Under the pieces are notes generated by a model that searched no databases, had not been told where the DNA came from, and worked only from the letters and a program-made list of their open reading frames with translations. Shown in pieces: positions 26,952-36,384 of a stretch of 64,000 nt of DNA. Made by a program: the position numbers and the translations under genes. Each line of letters opens with the position of its first letter. The first letter of the stretch is position 1. This DNA is from a virus. Location of the stretch: positions 1-64,000 of IMG/VR virus record IMGVR_UViG_3300032298_000540. One strand, given 5' to 3'.

Positions 26952-28520
26952 ATGCCTTTTAAAGGTAATGATAATTTTGGATTCTTTGGTAGACCAAAAG
27001 ATTTTAAACCTTTTGAAATAAAGCCGATCACCACAGAATTTTCACAAGGTGGTGTCCCAGGTTCAATTACTGTATTAAACAGAGAATCAGCATGGGCTAG
27101 ATGGCGCCGTGGTTATGAAATATACTCTTCTAATATCTATAACAATCCATATGAATTTAAATTTATTTATAACATTCCCTTTCCTTCTGGGACGATAACT
27201 CCCTCCGGTTCCAATCCGACATCTATCGTCTCAGGTGCATTTAAAGGTTTTCCAACTCGAACAAAAGAATTTGGAATGCACTGGACTGGATTAAGACGAG
27301 GGGGAAATATGCGTACAGATAATCTACTTGATTCAGCTGGCACCAGGCTTTCTATCGCAGGTGTAACAGAAGATTCTTCTTATTGGTATGTACAATTAGC
27401 CGGAACCTGGAGTTCAGGTAATCCTTTACCTTCTCCTTTATTTGCCACGGTATCCGGTATAACAACACCTTTGAAACCAACTAATGGTGAAATACTAGAA
27501 GATAGAATTCTCACTGTTAGTGGTGAAGTGCTGACACCTGATTCTATTAATCCAGATACACAAAGAAGATATGGTTATGTCCAGGCTGTCTTGGCAGATG
27601 TCATTGAAGACACAGGCGTCCTAAAACTAAAAAAAGCAGGATCAGTAGAAGTAACACCTGATAAACAATTCTTAACCCCCTCGACAAAACCTCCTGCTAT
27701 TGGACGATTCCTGTTGACAGGTAATAGGTATGCTTGTACGTGTCAAGATTTTACACGCAGGGAATATACCTTCATGACAACAATCAATGATACAAGTAAA
27801 ACCAAAAGAAGAAAATATTTTCCTCACTCTAGTGTTGCTTCTGTTAAGCCAGGAAGACACGAAGATACTTTAAGTGACGGCGTATATAACAATAATGCAA
27901 TGGTAACATCTTTAGAAAATAGATCTTTGAATGTAGAAGCGCCTGCTGCATTGTTTGTACTACCGGATTCAATTGCAACATCAGCAGTAAACCGCCTATC
28001 AACAAGGGATAACCCTGGTATATATCAAGATTTTGGAGCTACGTATAAACGTAATATAGAAGCCCCATCGCTCCCTGGTAACAAACCAGATGGCTTACCT
28101 GTATATGAAGACTACACTGCTTCGCAAGATGTCATAACTTCGTTAGGAGATTATTGGGAACCAGTATTAGACGAAATGCGTTATTGCAAACATGTCTATG
28201 CACTTAAGTTTGCAGAGAGAGTATTTCCTCCTGAACCTTCCGATTATCCTGTTGAGTATGAATCAATGGCGGAATGGGAACAAACCTTGGTGCAAGAAGC
28301 AGAAAGTAATCAACAAAAATATGAAACGTTTCAAGTAACCAAAAATTCTTTAAGCTATATGGATGTTCCTCCTTATAATTGCCAGTCCCCAACTGTTGCA
28401 CCCATGCTGCAAAAATTATTTAATATTCCTAATCAAATTGTATTTTTATCAGGGTTCACCATGATAGACAAGACAGGGCGCACATATGTACCAGCCTCAG
28501 GTGAAAAACCTTCTCTTTAG
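26952..28520 (+). CDS. Protein with split SWIM-type zinc finger
   Basis: YACTCQDF (27729) and YCKHVYA (28182). Confidence 0.7.
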   Translation: MPFKGNDNFGFFGRPKDFKPFEIKPITTEFSQGGVPGSITVLNRESAWARWRRGYEIYSSNIYNNPYEFKFIYNIPFPSGTITPSGSNPTSIVSGAFKGFPTRTKEFGMHWTGLRRGGNMRTDNLLDSAGTRLSIAGVTEDSSYWYVQLAGTWSSGNPLPSPLFATVSGITTPLKPTNGEILEDRILTVSGEVLTPDSINPDTQRRYGYVQAVLADVIEDTGVLKLKKAGSVEVTPDKQFLTPSTKPPAIGRFLLTGNRYACTCQDFTRREYTFMTTINDTSKTKRRKYFPHSSVASVKPGRHEDTLSDGVYNNNAMVTSLENRSLNVEAPAALFVLPDSIATSAVNRLSTRDNPGIYQDFGATYKRNIEAPSLPGNKPDGLPVYEDYTASQDVITSLGDYWEPVLDEMRYCKHVYALKFAERVFPPEPSDYPVEYESMAEWEQTLVQEAESNQQKYETFQVTKNSLSYMDVPPYNCQSPTVAPMLQKLFNIPNQIVFLSGFTMIDKTGRTYVPASGEKPSL

Positions 28521-28633
28521 CGTTTTGTAGTATAATACAACAAAGGTTAAAACCTTGTAAGTTTAAGGGCCGACAAATCTTGTATTCAGGGTCGGTTCTG
28601 TCTATAGTCCAGGTAAAAATATGATCCCCTCCC

Positions 28634-29059
28634 ATGACCCACGTAATTTCCCCTCCTCTAGATCAGAGGATAGTTGACGATTTTTTCCAGCTGGCACAAA
28701 GCAGAAAAACCTATAAGCTAGCCTGGTTCTATGGAATGCTTGCAACCTTTGGTGTAAAAGCTGAACATCTCTGGGGGTTTACTTGGAACCCAGATGGTAC
28801 TATCAACATTCAAAACAAAAAGAAACCGATTCGACCCATGCATCCGCAGTGGGTTTTCTTGTTTCAACTAAAAGAAAAACAGCCTTCAGATCTTGAAGAC
28901 TGTTGGAAAGATGCTTGGTTACTAATCTATAAAGCAATGGCATGCAAAGAAGTTCAATGCAATGTGTTTGAACTACTCCTGGCCTACAAGATGCGTAAAG
29001 CCTTCTACAAGCCTGCTAAACCATCGAAGGTACTAGAACCTGCTCTTGCTTGCTCATAG
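28634..29059 (+). CDS. Tyrosine-recombinase-derived protein lacking catalytic residues
   Basis: WFYGMLATFGVKAEHL and RPMHPQWV.LFQL resemble cyanobacterial integrase YGMLATYGLRPHE and PLxPEWV (recalled consensus). Confidence 0.55.
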   Translation: MTHVISPPLDQRIVDDFFQLAQSRKTYKLAWFYGMLATFGVKAEHLWGFTWNPDGTINIQNKKKPIRPMHPQWVFLFQLKEKQPSDLEDCWKDAWLLIYKAMACKEVQCNVFELLLAYKMRKAFYKPAKPSKVLEPALACS

Positions 29060-29243
29060 TCTTCTGAACAGCTCTGCGGTTCCATAGGTAACTTCCCCTG
29101 GAGTACGTCTTACCTTTAAAAGCAGCATAGTGACGCCCAAGCTTTAGCGTTCCATCATCCATCATGCTAATTAGCTTGGTGCGAGGAACTTCAAGCGTTT
29201 CTGCCATTTGATTGGTTGTCAACCATCCAGTGGGTGTGCACAT
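29016..29243 (-). CDS. Excisionase-like winged HTH protein
   Basis: WLTTNQMAETLEVPRTKL...G.LKLGRHY....YLWN. Confidence 0.65.
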   Translation of the reverse strand: MCTPTGWLTTNQMAETLEVPRTKLISMMDDGTLKLGRHYAAFKGKTYSRGSYLWNRRAVQKTMSKQEQVLVPSMV

Positions 29244-29379
29244 AAAATAAAAGGCCTTGTACATGTTTACGATACACAAAAGGACACCTGATAGCAAGGA
29301 TTTAATAAAGGTTTTATAAGTTTACTATTCGTCACAGAGATTGGGCTATCTTAAAATTAGGTAATGGCAATTATAGAGT

Positions 29380-29760
29380 ATGTTCGCAACAGAGCATGAC
29401 CCTCTCGCCCTACTGGTTGAATTAACACCAAAGCTTGCCAAAAGACGTTTTCGAGAAGAGATATACAAATCCTGGGACCACTGCTGTGGTTATTGTGGGG
29501 CTACTGCAACTAGTCTTGACCACATAATTCCCCGCTTTAGGTCTGGCTCTAGTAATAGAAACAATCTTTTACCTTCTTGCCAGCAATGCAATAACCATAA
29601 AGGCAGTAGTAAAATGGAGGAATGGTATATGTCTCAAGCCTTTTTTAGTGATGATAAACTACAAAAAATTAAAGATTGGAGAAATCAAGAAGTTCTTGAC
29701 CTTTTCCAGTACACTAGTGATTATATTATTAATGAATTAAACAATAAAAATGCCTCCTGA
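29380..29760 (+). CDS. HNH endonuclease
   Basis: CGYCG...SLDHIIPR..SG....NNLLPSCQQCNNHKG. Confidence 0.9.
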   Translation: MFATEHDPLALLVELTPKLAKRRFREEIYKSWDHCCGYCGATATSLDHIIPRFRSGSSNRNNLLPSCQQCNNHKGSSKMEEWYMSQAFFSDDKLQKIKDWRNQEVLDLFQYTSDYIINELNNKNAS

Positions 29761-32700
29761 TTTTAATTGGCAGAGTTATCTAAACGCTAATCCGGATGTA
29801 GCTAATGCATTGGGGTACAGTGAAGATGCTGCTGTCAACCATTACTTAAATCATGGGCAATATGAAAATAGACCTTTAAGTTTTGATTGGCAAAGTTATT
29901 TAAACGCTAATCCTGATGTATCTAATGCACTGGGGTACAGTGAAGATGCTGCTATCAAGCACTACAGAGAATATGGATACAAAGAAAACCGTCAGTTAAG
30001 TGGCCCTCCTCCTCCTACACCTACTACACCTACTACACCTACTACACCTACACCTCCCCCCACACCTACGCCTCCTAATGTTTCAATAGGAACAATAGGT
30101 TCACGTATACCTGCATCTGAGATAGCACCGACAACAGCACCTTTGATTTATCAAGGGGTGACTATTCCTGTATATACTCAAAACAATATAGAACCTAATC
30201 TTGTTTATGATAAAACAAATAAAAAATGGATTAAAACTTCAGGTACAACAGATAATAAAACAGATCATGTAACAAATAACAAAACGGATTATCCAGCTGC
30301 TTACAGAACGGATTATAAAACAAATTACAGAATAGATTATATAACAGATTATAAAACAGACTATAAAACAGATTACCAAACAAATTTACCTACAGACGCA
30401 CCTACTAATAACGCTGCACAATATCAAACAGCAATTAATAATTATTTACAAGCAGGAGGGAAACAAAGCGGCCCAGCATGGACCAACATACAAAACACTA
30501 AAAAAAACTTAGAAGCAACAGATAAAAATAATGCAACTGCAAATCAAAATAACGCAGAGGCAAACGCAAGAAACGATCAATTAAACAAAGAAAACGCAAG
30601 TGCAAATAACACAAATACTACAACTAATACAGAGAATAGAAAAATAAATGAAGAAAACAGACAATTAAATAGCAATAATGAAAGGGCCAACAATGATAAT
30701 TTTAAAGCAAATGAAGAAAATAAAAAAACAAATGAAAACAATAAAATAGCAAATCAAAAAGGACAAGATTTTAATCAGCAAAATACTAATTTAAATAATC
30801 AAAATACCAAAAATAATCAAGCTTTTGATAAAACTTATTCCATTGCAGCTAATACAACAGGTGGTGATTACTTAGAAAAAAGAAACATGATAAGGCAACT
30901 TGAAAAAGAAGGTTTAATTAATGAAACAACAAAAAATAAATTAGAAACTGATTTTAAAACGTTTTATAGCAATGAAAAATTAACTCCGTGGGATCCAAAA
31001 ACAGCAGCTAAACCACCCTCTCCTGGTGGAACAAAGGAATTAGATCTTGCTTTCTATGCTAAACAAGTTCCCTCATTAACATCTCAATGGGCAGAAGCTG
31101 TCATTAATGATGATTTAGATATTGTAGGAAGGTATAACAATAATTGGAAAGATTACTTTTCTGCTCATTACACAACACAAGGAAGACTAAATGGTATCCG
31201 AGGATATGAAGAAGAATCAACAGATAGAGCAGATGATTATGTAGAGACACCAACAGACTTAGATAAACAACGCGTCATGGATGCGACGCTTGGTGCAGGT
31301 ACAGCTTTTGATACATTAATTAAATCAATATTAGGTCCAAAGGAAGAAGAAGAGACTAAACAGTATTCAGCATTAGTAGAAAACACATTAAAAGATACGA
31401 TTGCAAAATTGAACAAAGTTAAAAATCAAGAATTACAATGGGACCTTTACCGTAATCTAGATGGCTTTACTGAAGTAATGGATTTAAATAAAACCTTAGC
31501 CAATTCTATTATGGGAGATTCAGGAATTGGTGGTTATTTAGCGGCAAGCGCAAAGAAAACAGAAGCTGAATTAACAACAGATTTAGAAACACAATTAGAA
31601 AAAGCTACTGGTCTTCAAAGTAATGTTACATACAATTGGCAAAAATGGTTTGATGATCAATTAACTGAAAAATACGGAATTGATTATAAGCAATTTCAAG
31701 CAACAGAAGATACACTTGACATCGTTAACACAGCTTTAAAAACAGATGCTACAAAAATATACGACAAGCAGGGTAAAAAATTTACGGATGAGTTTATAAA
31801 AAAAGCTGGCTTTAATACAAATGAAGCTCTTACTGAATTCTTAAACAAACAAGGAGTAACGGGGACAGATTTATTAACTCGTTTGCAAAATCCTACTTCA
31901 AATATACAAACAGAATTAACAACTTTAAAAACAAATTTAGAAAAGAAAGTTACAGAAATAGATGCAACCAAGAATAGAGATTTAAAATTAACATACAAAG
32001 GTGCTGATAGCATTCCAGAAGAAGTTAAAGTAGAAGCTTCGTTTGCACGTCAATTTATTGATGAATACTTAAAACCTAGATTTGATTTTTCAAAATCTAT
32101 GGATGAGTTCCGCGATTATTTAAACGTTATTGAAAAAGATAAAAACATATTTCAAACAACAGACCGTTTAACTGAAGTAAAAACGTATGCACAAAGTGTA
32201 GCAAAAGCAATAGCTCCGGATTTAAACACACGTTTTAATTATGCTTTTGGACAAACAGAAGAGGGAGGAACAGATTTTTATTTTAATCCAGTAGATAAAT
32301 ATGCTCCACCTGAAATGCAAGCTACTTATAAAAAACAAAAGGACATGGTAGCAAAAGATTGGGAAACAGCTAAGAATAATCCCAATGCATTAGTAAACCC
32401 AAGTATGCCGTATCTAGGAACATGGGCAGAGAATGCATACATGTACAACGTAAAAGATTTATCTAATAAAAATAATTTTGCTAAATTACATTATCAAATT
32501 ATTGGTTCTTTGCCTGCTTTTGGTTTTGACCCAGCTATGAATCCAAGCTCAGTACTAAAAGTAAAATTTGAAAGTCCTATCACAACAAAAGCAGCATCGA
32601 TAGAAACAGTCTTTGGTGAGTTTACAACACCTGAAAGTTATGCTGATACAATATTAAAAAATATTGATCCTTTTGCAGATAAAGAAACATGGGAAAAATT

Positions 32701-33232
32701 ATTAGAACAATATGATTTAGATGAAGATGCAACTAAAGATGAAATCAAAAAAGTAATAGTAGACGCTTTAACCTCAGGTACAGCGGAAGAAATTAGAACA
32801 CGCATTAAAGAATTACAAGAATTAGAAGAGATACCAACACAAGAAAAATTAGGTGTTACCTATATAGAACGACCAGAAGATAATCTTGCGACGATAGAAA
32901 AAACTGAATTGTATAAAATTTTTAAAGATGCGGGATATACAGGCACAGAAAAAACTTTTTACACTGACTATATGACAGATACAAGTCCAGAAGACATTAA
33001 ATTATTAACTGATGCAACAAAAGGAAAAATGCCTGAATTTGATTTTACATTTGACACAAAAGATCCGGCGTCTACATTAAGTAAATTAAAAGAATTAGAA
33101 ACACCATCAACTAAAAAAACAACTGATAAAACAACTAGTTACTTTAAAATAGGATTAGATGATGAGGAAGAAGAAAAAGAAACTGATCCTGATTCCTTCC
33201 TTAGTGATTTTGCCGCCCTCTTTAAAAAATAA
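29750..33232 (+). CDS. Large repeat-containing virion protein
   Basis: 1160 aa; two F.WQSYLNANPDV..ALG..HY..G..ENR repeats, PT linker, TDYK repeats, Asn-rich coil. Confidence 0.75.
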   Translation: MPPDFNWQSYLNANPDVANALGYSEDAAVNHYLNHGQYENRPLSFDWQSYLNANPDVSNALGYSEDAAIKHYREYGYKENRQLSGPPPPTPTTPTTPTTPTPPPTPTPPNVSIGTIGSRIPASEIAPTTAPLIYQGVTIPVYTQNNIEPNLVYDKTNKKWIKTSGTTDNKTDHVTNNKTDYPAAYRTDYKTNYRIDYITDYKTDYKTDYQTNLPTDAPTNNAAQYQTAINNYLQAGGKQSGPAWTNIQNTKKNLEATDKNNATANQNNAEANARNDQLNKENASANNTNTTTNTENRKINEENRQLNSNNERANNDNFKANEENKKTNENNKIANQKGQDFNQQNTNLNNQNTKNNQAFDKTYSIAANTTGGDYLEKRNMIRQLEKEGLINETTKNKLETDFKTFYSNEKLTPWDPKTAAKPPSPGGTKELDLAFYAKQVPSLTSQWAEAVINDDLDIVGRYNNNWKDYFSAHYTTQGRLNGIRGYEEESTDRADDYVETPTDLDKQRVMDATLGAGTAFDTLIKSILGPKEEEETKQYSALVENTLKDTIAKLNKVKNQELQWDLYRNLDGFTEVMDLNKTLANSIMGDSGIGGYLAASAKKTEAELTTDLETQLEKATGLQSNVTYNWQKWFDDQLTEKYGIDYKQFQATEDTLDIVNTALKTDATKIYDKQGKKFTDEFIKKAGFNTNEALTEFLNKQGVTGTDLLTRLQNPTSNIQTELTTLKTNLEKKVTEIDATKNRDLKLTYKGADSIPEEVKVEASFARQFIDEYLKPRFDFSKSMDEFRDYLNVIEKDKNIFQTTDRLTEVKTYAQSVAKAIAPDLNTRFNYAFGQTEEGGTDFYFNPVDKYAPPEMQATYKKQKDMVAKDWETAKNNPNALVNPSMPYLGTWAENAYMYNVKDLSNKNNFAKLHYQIIGSLPAFGFDPAMNPSSVLKVKFESPITTKAASIETVFGEFTTPESYADTILKNIDPFADKETWEKLLEQYDLDEDATKDEIKKVIVDALTSGTAEEIRTRIKELQELEEIPTQEKLGVTYIERPEDNLATIEKTELYKIFKDAGYTGTEKTFYTDYMTDTSPEDIKLLTDATKGKMPEFDFTFDTKDPASTLSKLKELETPSTKKTTDKTTSYFKIGLDDEEEEKETDPDSFLSDFAALFKK
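29762..30000 (+). repeat. Tandem 120-bp coding duplication
   Basis: TTT(A/G)ATTGGCA(G/A)AGTTAT.TAAACGCTAATCC.GATGTA at 29762 and 29882. Confidence 0.85.
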
Positions 33233-33519
33233 TGTCAAACAAACATAAAAAAGCAGCTAGTGCCGCTAAGCGGTACAAAAAAGAAAACATGGAGTGCAAT
33301 AAACCAAAACGCGCCCCCACTGGAGACAAGCATAAGTATGTCGTAAAGGGATGCCAGGATGGTAAAGAGGCAATCGTTCGTTTTGGTCTTAGAGGATACT
33401 CCGATTACCTTTCGCATAAAGATGAAAAAAGACGGGCTAATTTTAAAGCTCGCCATAACTGTGACGAAAAGAAAAACAAACTAACTCCTGGTTATTGGGC
33501 TTGCAACCATAACTGGTAA
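33232..33519 (+). CDS. Small basic viral protein (DUF5754-like)
   Basis: VRFG..GYSDY..HKD.KRR.NFKARH.C...K.TPGYWA. Confidence 0.7.
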   Translation: MSNKHKKAASAAKRYKKENMECNKPKRAPTGDKHKYVVKGCQDGKEAIVRFGLRGYSDYLSHKDEKRRANFKARHNCDEKKNKLTPGYWACNHNW

Positions 33520-33552
33520 CTCTTTTTAAAGCTGTCAAAATTAAAATATTGT

Positions 33553-34221
33553 ATGTATGATAGGTGTAATGTGTCTATCTCAATCATGCAAGACTTACCC
33601 ACTGGCATTGACATCATTATCAATTATGAAGGGTACAATGAAAAAGCGTTCCCGGATCCAACTACCGGTGGGGCACCCTACACGATAGGTTTTGGAACAC
33701 AATACTATCCTGACGGTGAACCAGTCGAACGAGGTCAGCTTTGTACCTATAAAAAAGCTAAAGAATATCTTCTGCATGAAGTAGAAAAAATTAATAAACT
33801 TTTAATAAAAGAAATGCCTGATTTAGACGAATGCATGAAAGAAGCTTTAATTTCTTTTATTCATTCAATCGGATGGGAGCCCTTTCTTTACAGTGATATC
33901 CTGGATGCAATAGAAGAAAACAAATGGGACACTGCAGCAGAAGAAATGTACAGATGGGTATTTGATCAAGATTACCAAGTGATTAGTAATTTGATCCATA
34001 GGCGTAGGGATGAAATTGATCTGTTCTTAACGGGAGTACAGAAGAACAATTGTGGATTTGGTGGGCAACTTCTACTGAATGCTTTTATGCTTTTTGATTC
34101 ATCTCCTAATCAAATCAAAGCTATTAAACGTCTAGAGTCGGGTATTCATGCCGTTATCCTTGCTGAATTTACTAACGAATTCAAGTTGCCGGTATTGCAC
34201 CAAGGTGAAATTACAGTGTAA
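33553..34221 (+). CDS. GH24 phage lysozyme
   Basis: YEGY..KAFPDP.TGG.PYTIGFG, ALISFIHSIG, L..RRRDE..LF. Confidence 0.88.
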   Translation: MYDRCNVSISIMQDLPTGIDIIINYEGYNEKAFPDPTTGGAPYTIGFGTQYYPDGEPVERGQLCTYKKAKEYLLHEVEKINKLLIKEMPDLDECMKEALISFIHSIGWEPFLYSDILDAIEENKWDTAAEEMYRWVFDQDYQVISNLIHRRRDEIDLFLTGVQKNNCGFGGQLLLNAFMLFDSSPNQIKAIKRLESGIHAVILAEFTNEFKLPVLHQGEITV

Positions 34222-34246
34222 GCTTTAGAATAGATACAGGCAGAAA

Positions 34247-34558
34247 ATGAAACCTCTAATGGACCCCTCATGTGAGCCCAAAGAATTAGAACTCCCCTTG
34301 GAGTTTAAATTTGCTATGCGCAAAGCTGAGTTACGTGCATCAGAAATGACATGGGAGCAACTTCACCAAGCTCTACTGAACCTGTATCAACAACGTCTTA
34401 TTGAGATTACAGCCATCAAAGACATAATGGAAGAAGAGGGCGTCAATATTGAATTTGATATTCCCACAGAACTAGAACTAGAAGAACTAGCTTTTATGTG
34501 TGGTGATGACGAAGAAGATGACGAGGAAATTGATGAGGATAATCTTCAACCTTTCTGA
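34247..34558 (+). CDS. nblA: NblA-like phycobilisome degradation adaptor with acidic tail
   Basis: LPLEFKFAMR......MTWEQLHQALLNLYQQ matches the NblA helix-loop-helix pattern L.LEQ.F..R...MS.EQ...L..LY.Q. Confidence 0.65.
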   Translation: MKPLMDPSCEPKELELPLEFKFAMRKAELRASEMTWEQLHQALLNLYQQRLIEITAIKDIMEEEGVNIEFDIPTELELEELAFMCGDDEEDDEEIDEDNLQPF

Positions 34559-34923
34559 AGACGGTCCAGGTACCACGTAGCTTTCTTAAGAGACTCGTCT
34601 TGTCCCTTCAGGCGTTCACGCCATACATATTTAATTGCATTACCTTTACAGTACCCACGAAATTCTTCTGGTGTCAACGCTGCTTCAATAGCTTCAATAC
34701 ACTCAACAGACCCTTGATTGTAGTGAAGAGGGTTATTGATTAGATCTACTAGATGCCGCGACGCATCGCTGACAACTTCTTCTCCCGTGTTGGTATTGCA
34801 CCTAGATCCAGTACCACTGCACCCTTCGGTAGAGGAGCAGCTCCCACTTCCATCCCCTCCTCCACACTTGGAATATATCCCGTCAATCCTGGACGAGTGT
34901 TTGACATTGGTGAAGTCGGACAT
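34546..34923 (-). CDS. DUF3310 / T7 gp1.7-like protein (start uncertain)
   Basis: INNP.HYNQG.VECIEAI...GYCKGNAIKYVWR..KG...SLKKA.WYL. Confidence 0.85.
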   Translation of the reverse strand: MSDFTNVKHSSRIDGIYSKCGGGDGSGSCSSTEGCSGTGSRCNTNTGEEVVSDASRHLVDLINNPLHYNQGSVECIEAIEAALTPEEFRGYCKGNAIKYVWRERLKGQDESLKKATWYLDRLQKG

Positions 34924-35144
34924 TGGTTACCTTCTAGGGCAAGGTTTTGACGAGGCCGATCCGCTTGGGTCAAAGCCAGACCTCTATTATACTGATCATA
35001 CAAGGGAACGTCATTCTCCTCGTTATCCAGTTGCCCGCCAAAATCACAAGCCGTTAGCTCGCGTCTGCTGACTTCGTCATCGATACGAATACCACGTTGC
35101 ATGAAGCCATCAAGGAAATCGTGAGCATCTACTGCGTTATGCAT
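34749..35144 (-). CDS. Hypothetical protein
   Basis: 131 aa; overlaps the 5' part of the DUF3310 ORF. Confidence 0.6.
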   Translation of the reverse strand: MHNAVDAHDFLDGFMQRGIRIDDEVSRRELTACDFGGQLDNEENDVPLYDQYNRGLALTQADRPRQNLALEGNQCPTSPMSNTRPGLTGYIPSVEEGMEVGAAPLPKGAVVLDLGAIPTREKKLSAMRRGI

Positions 35145-35176
35145 TTGCTTAAATCTTCTTCGTTTACAATATTAAC

Positions 35177-35542
35177 ATGGGACGATTCAACCAACCACTA
35201 AACAGAGCAGGGAAGGAGATAATCCCTGGTACTTATGACCCGTCACTTGATGCGGGTACATCAGCGACAGATACGTCAGACCTTAATCCAGGTCGTGCAT
35301 ATGACGTTGATATCCGACGTTTAGATAATAATGAACGAGATATTTCTAAAAGAGCTGATAATGAAAGACAACAAGAAAGAATAAATAAATTTATGGCAGC
35401 TGCAAAATCAGCAGGTAAGTTCAGACAAAGCGCATTACTTAATGAACCAACTAGTGCCGATCAAGGAGAAACATTTTCTCCTGTTGGAAGTGTAGGTTAT
35501 GCACGTAAACCACAACCTAACTTTGGCTCACCCTTCGTCTAA
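35177..35542 (+). CDS. Hypothetical protein
   Basis: 121 aa, TACAAT upstream. Confidence 0.6.
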   Translation: MGRFNQPLNRAGKEIIPGTYDPSLDAGTSATDTSDLNPGRAYDVDIRRLDNNERDISKRADNERQQERINKFMAAAKSAGKFRQSALLNEPTSADQGETFSPVGSVGYARKPQPNFGSPFV

Positions 35543-35746
35543 GTAGTGTCCATAATCTTGCATTTCTAAAGCATCTTGTAATTGTTGAAACATCTCGTTG
35601 ATCATGTTTAAAGTCCACTGCACATTATCAGATTTAAATCTAGATAACTCAGCCATTAACAAAGGATTGTTTTGATGGACTACTGTATCAGTAATAATTT
35701 GTAACATCCTAAGGCGTTGATCCACATCAAGCGAAGTTGGTTTCAT
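35528..35746 (-). CDS. Hypothetical protein
   Basis: 72 aa, coupled to dcd. Confidence 0.6.
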   Translation of the reverse strand: MKPTSLDVDQRLRMLQIITDTVVHQNNPLLMAELSRFKSDNVQWTLNMINEMFQQLQDALEMQDYGHYLDEG

Positions 35747-36330
35747 ACTCGACAGGTCACAATTTCTTTTGCTTGATCCTGGTACTTACCTGCGCGATCT
35801 TCATAGGTAACGCTGCAAGGATTACCACGGAAAAACAAGAGTTGAATAATACCTTCATTGGCGTAAATACGATTAAACAACGGAGTAGCATTACTGATTT
35901 CAAGTGTTAAATGTCCGCGCCACAGCGCTTCCGCAGGCGTGATATTTGCAATAATCCCTGTTCTAGCATATGTACTTTTCCCCATTGCAACAACAGTTAC
36001 ATCCGCTGGTAACGATAACCGTTCTTCTGCTACTCCTAAGCAATAACTGTAAGGAGGAATAAGAAAGTATTTACCTCTTTCATCTTCTAGTAATTCAACA
36101 GGACGTAAGATATCAAGATTAAAATTCTTTGGATCAGTTTCACCAACATCAATACGACCAAGCACTAGACATTGCGTTGGCGACAGCCGAATATCGTAAC
36201 CGTAAGAACCAAGTCCATAACTTAGAACACGTCTCCCTTCCTCTTCCTTAACCATATGATCAACAAACGGACTGATCATCTCATGATTTAAAGCTAAATC
36301 CTTGATTTCAAGATCACAAAGGATGCTCAT
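35743..36330 (-). CDS. dcd: dCTP deaminase
   Basis: SYGLGSYGYDIRL, GKSTYARTG, TPAE..W.G.LTLEISN, YANEGI.Q.LF, Y.DR.GKYQ.Q. Confidence 0.95.
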   Translation of the reverse strand: MSILCDLEIKDLALNHEMISPFVDHMVKEEEGRRVLSYGLGSYGYDIRLSPTQCLVLGRIDVGETDPKNFNLDILRPVELLEDERGKYFLIPPYSYCLGVAEERLSLPADVTVVAMGKSTYARTGIIANITPAEALWRGHLTLEISNATPLFNRIYANEGIIQLLFFRGNPCSVTYEDRAGKYQDQAKEIVTCRV

Positions 36331-36384
36331 CTGATGCCTGACTTTTGTTTACTGTACTGCAGTTACAAGGAAAGTGCTTGTTTC

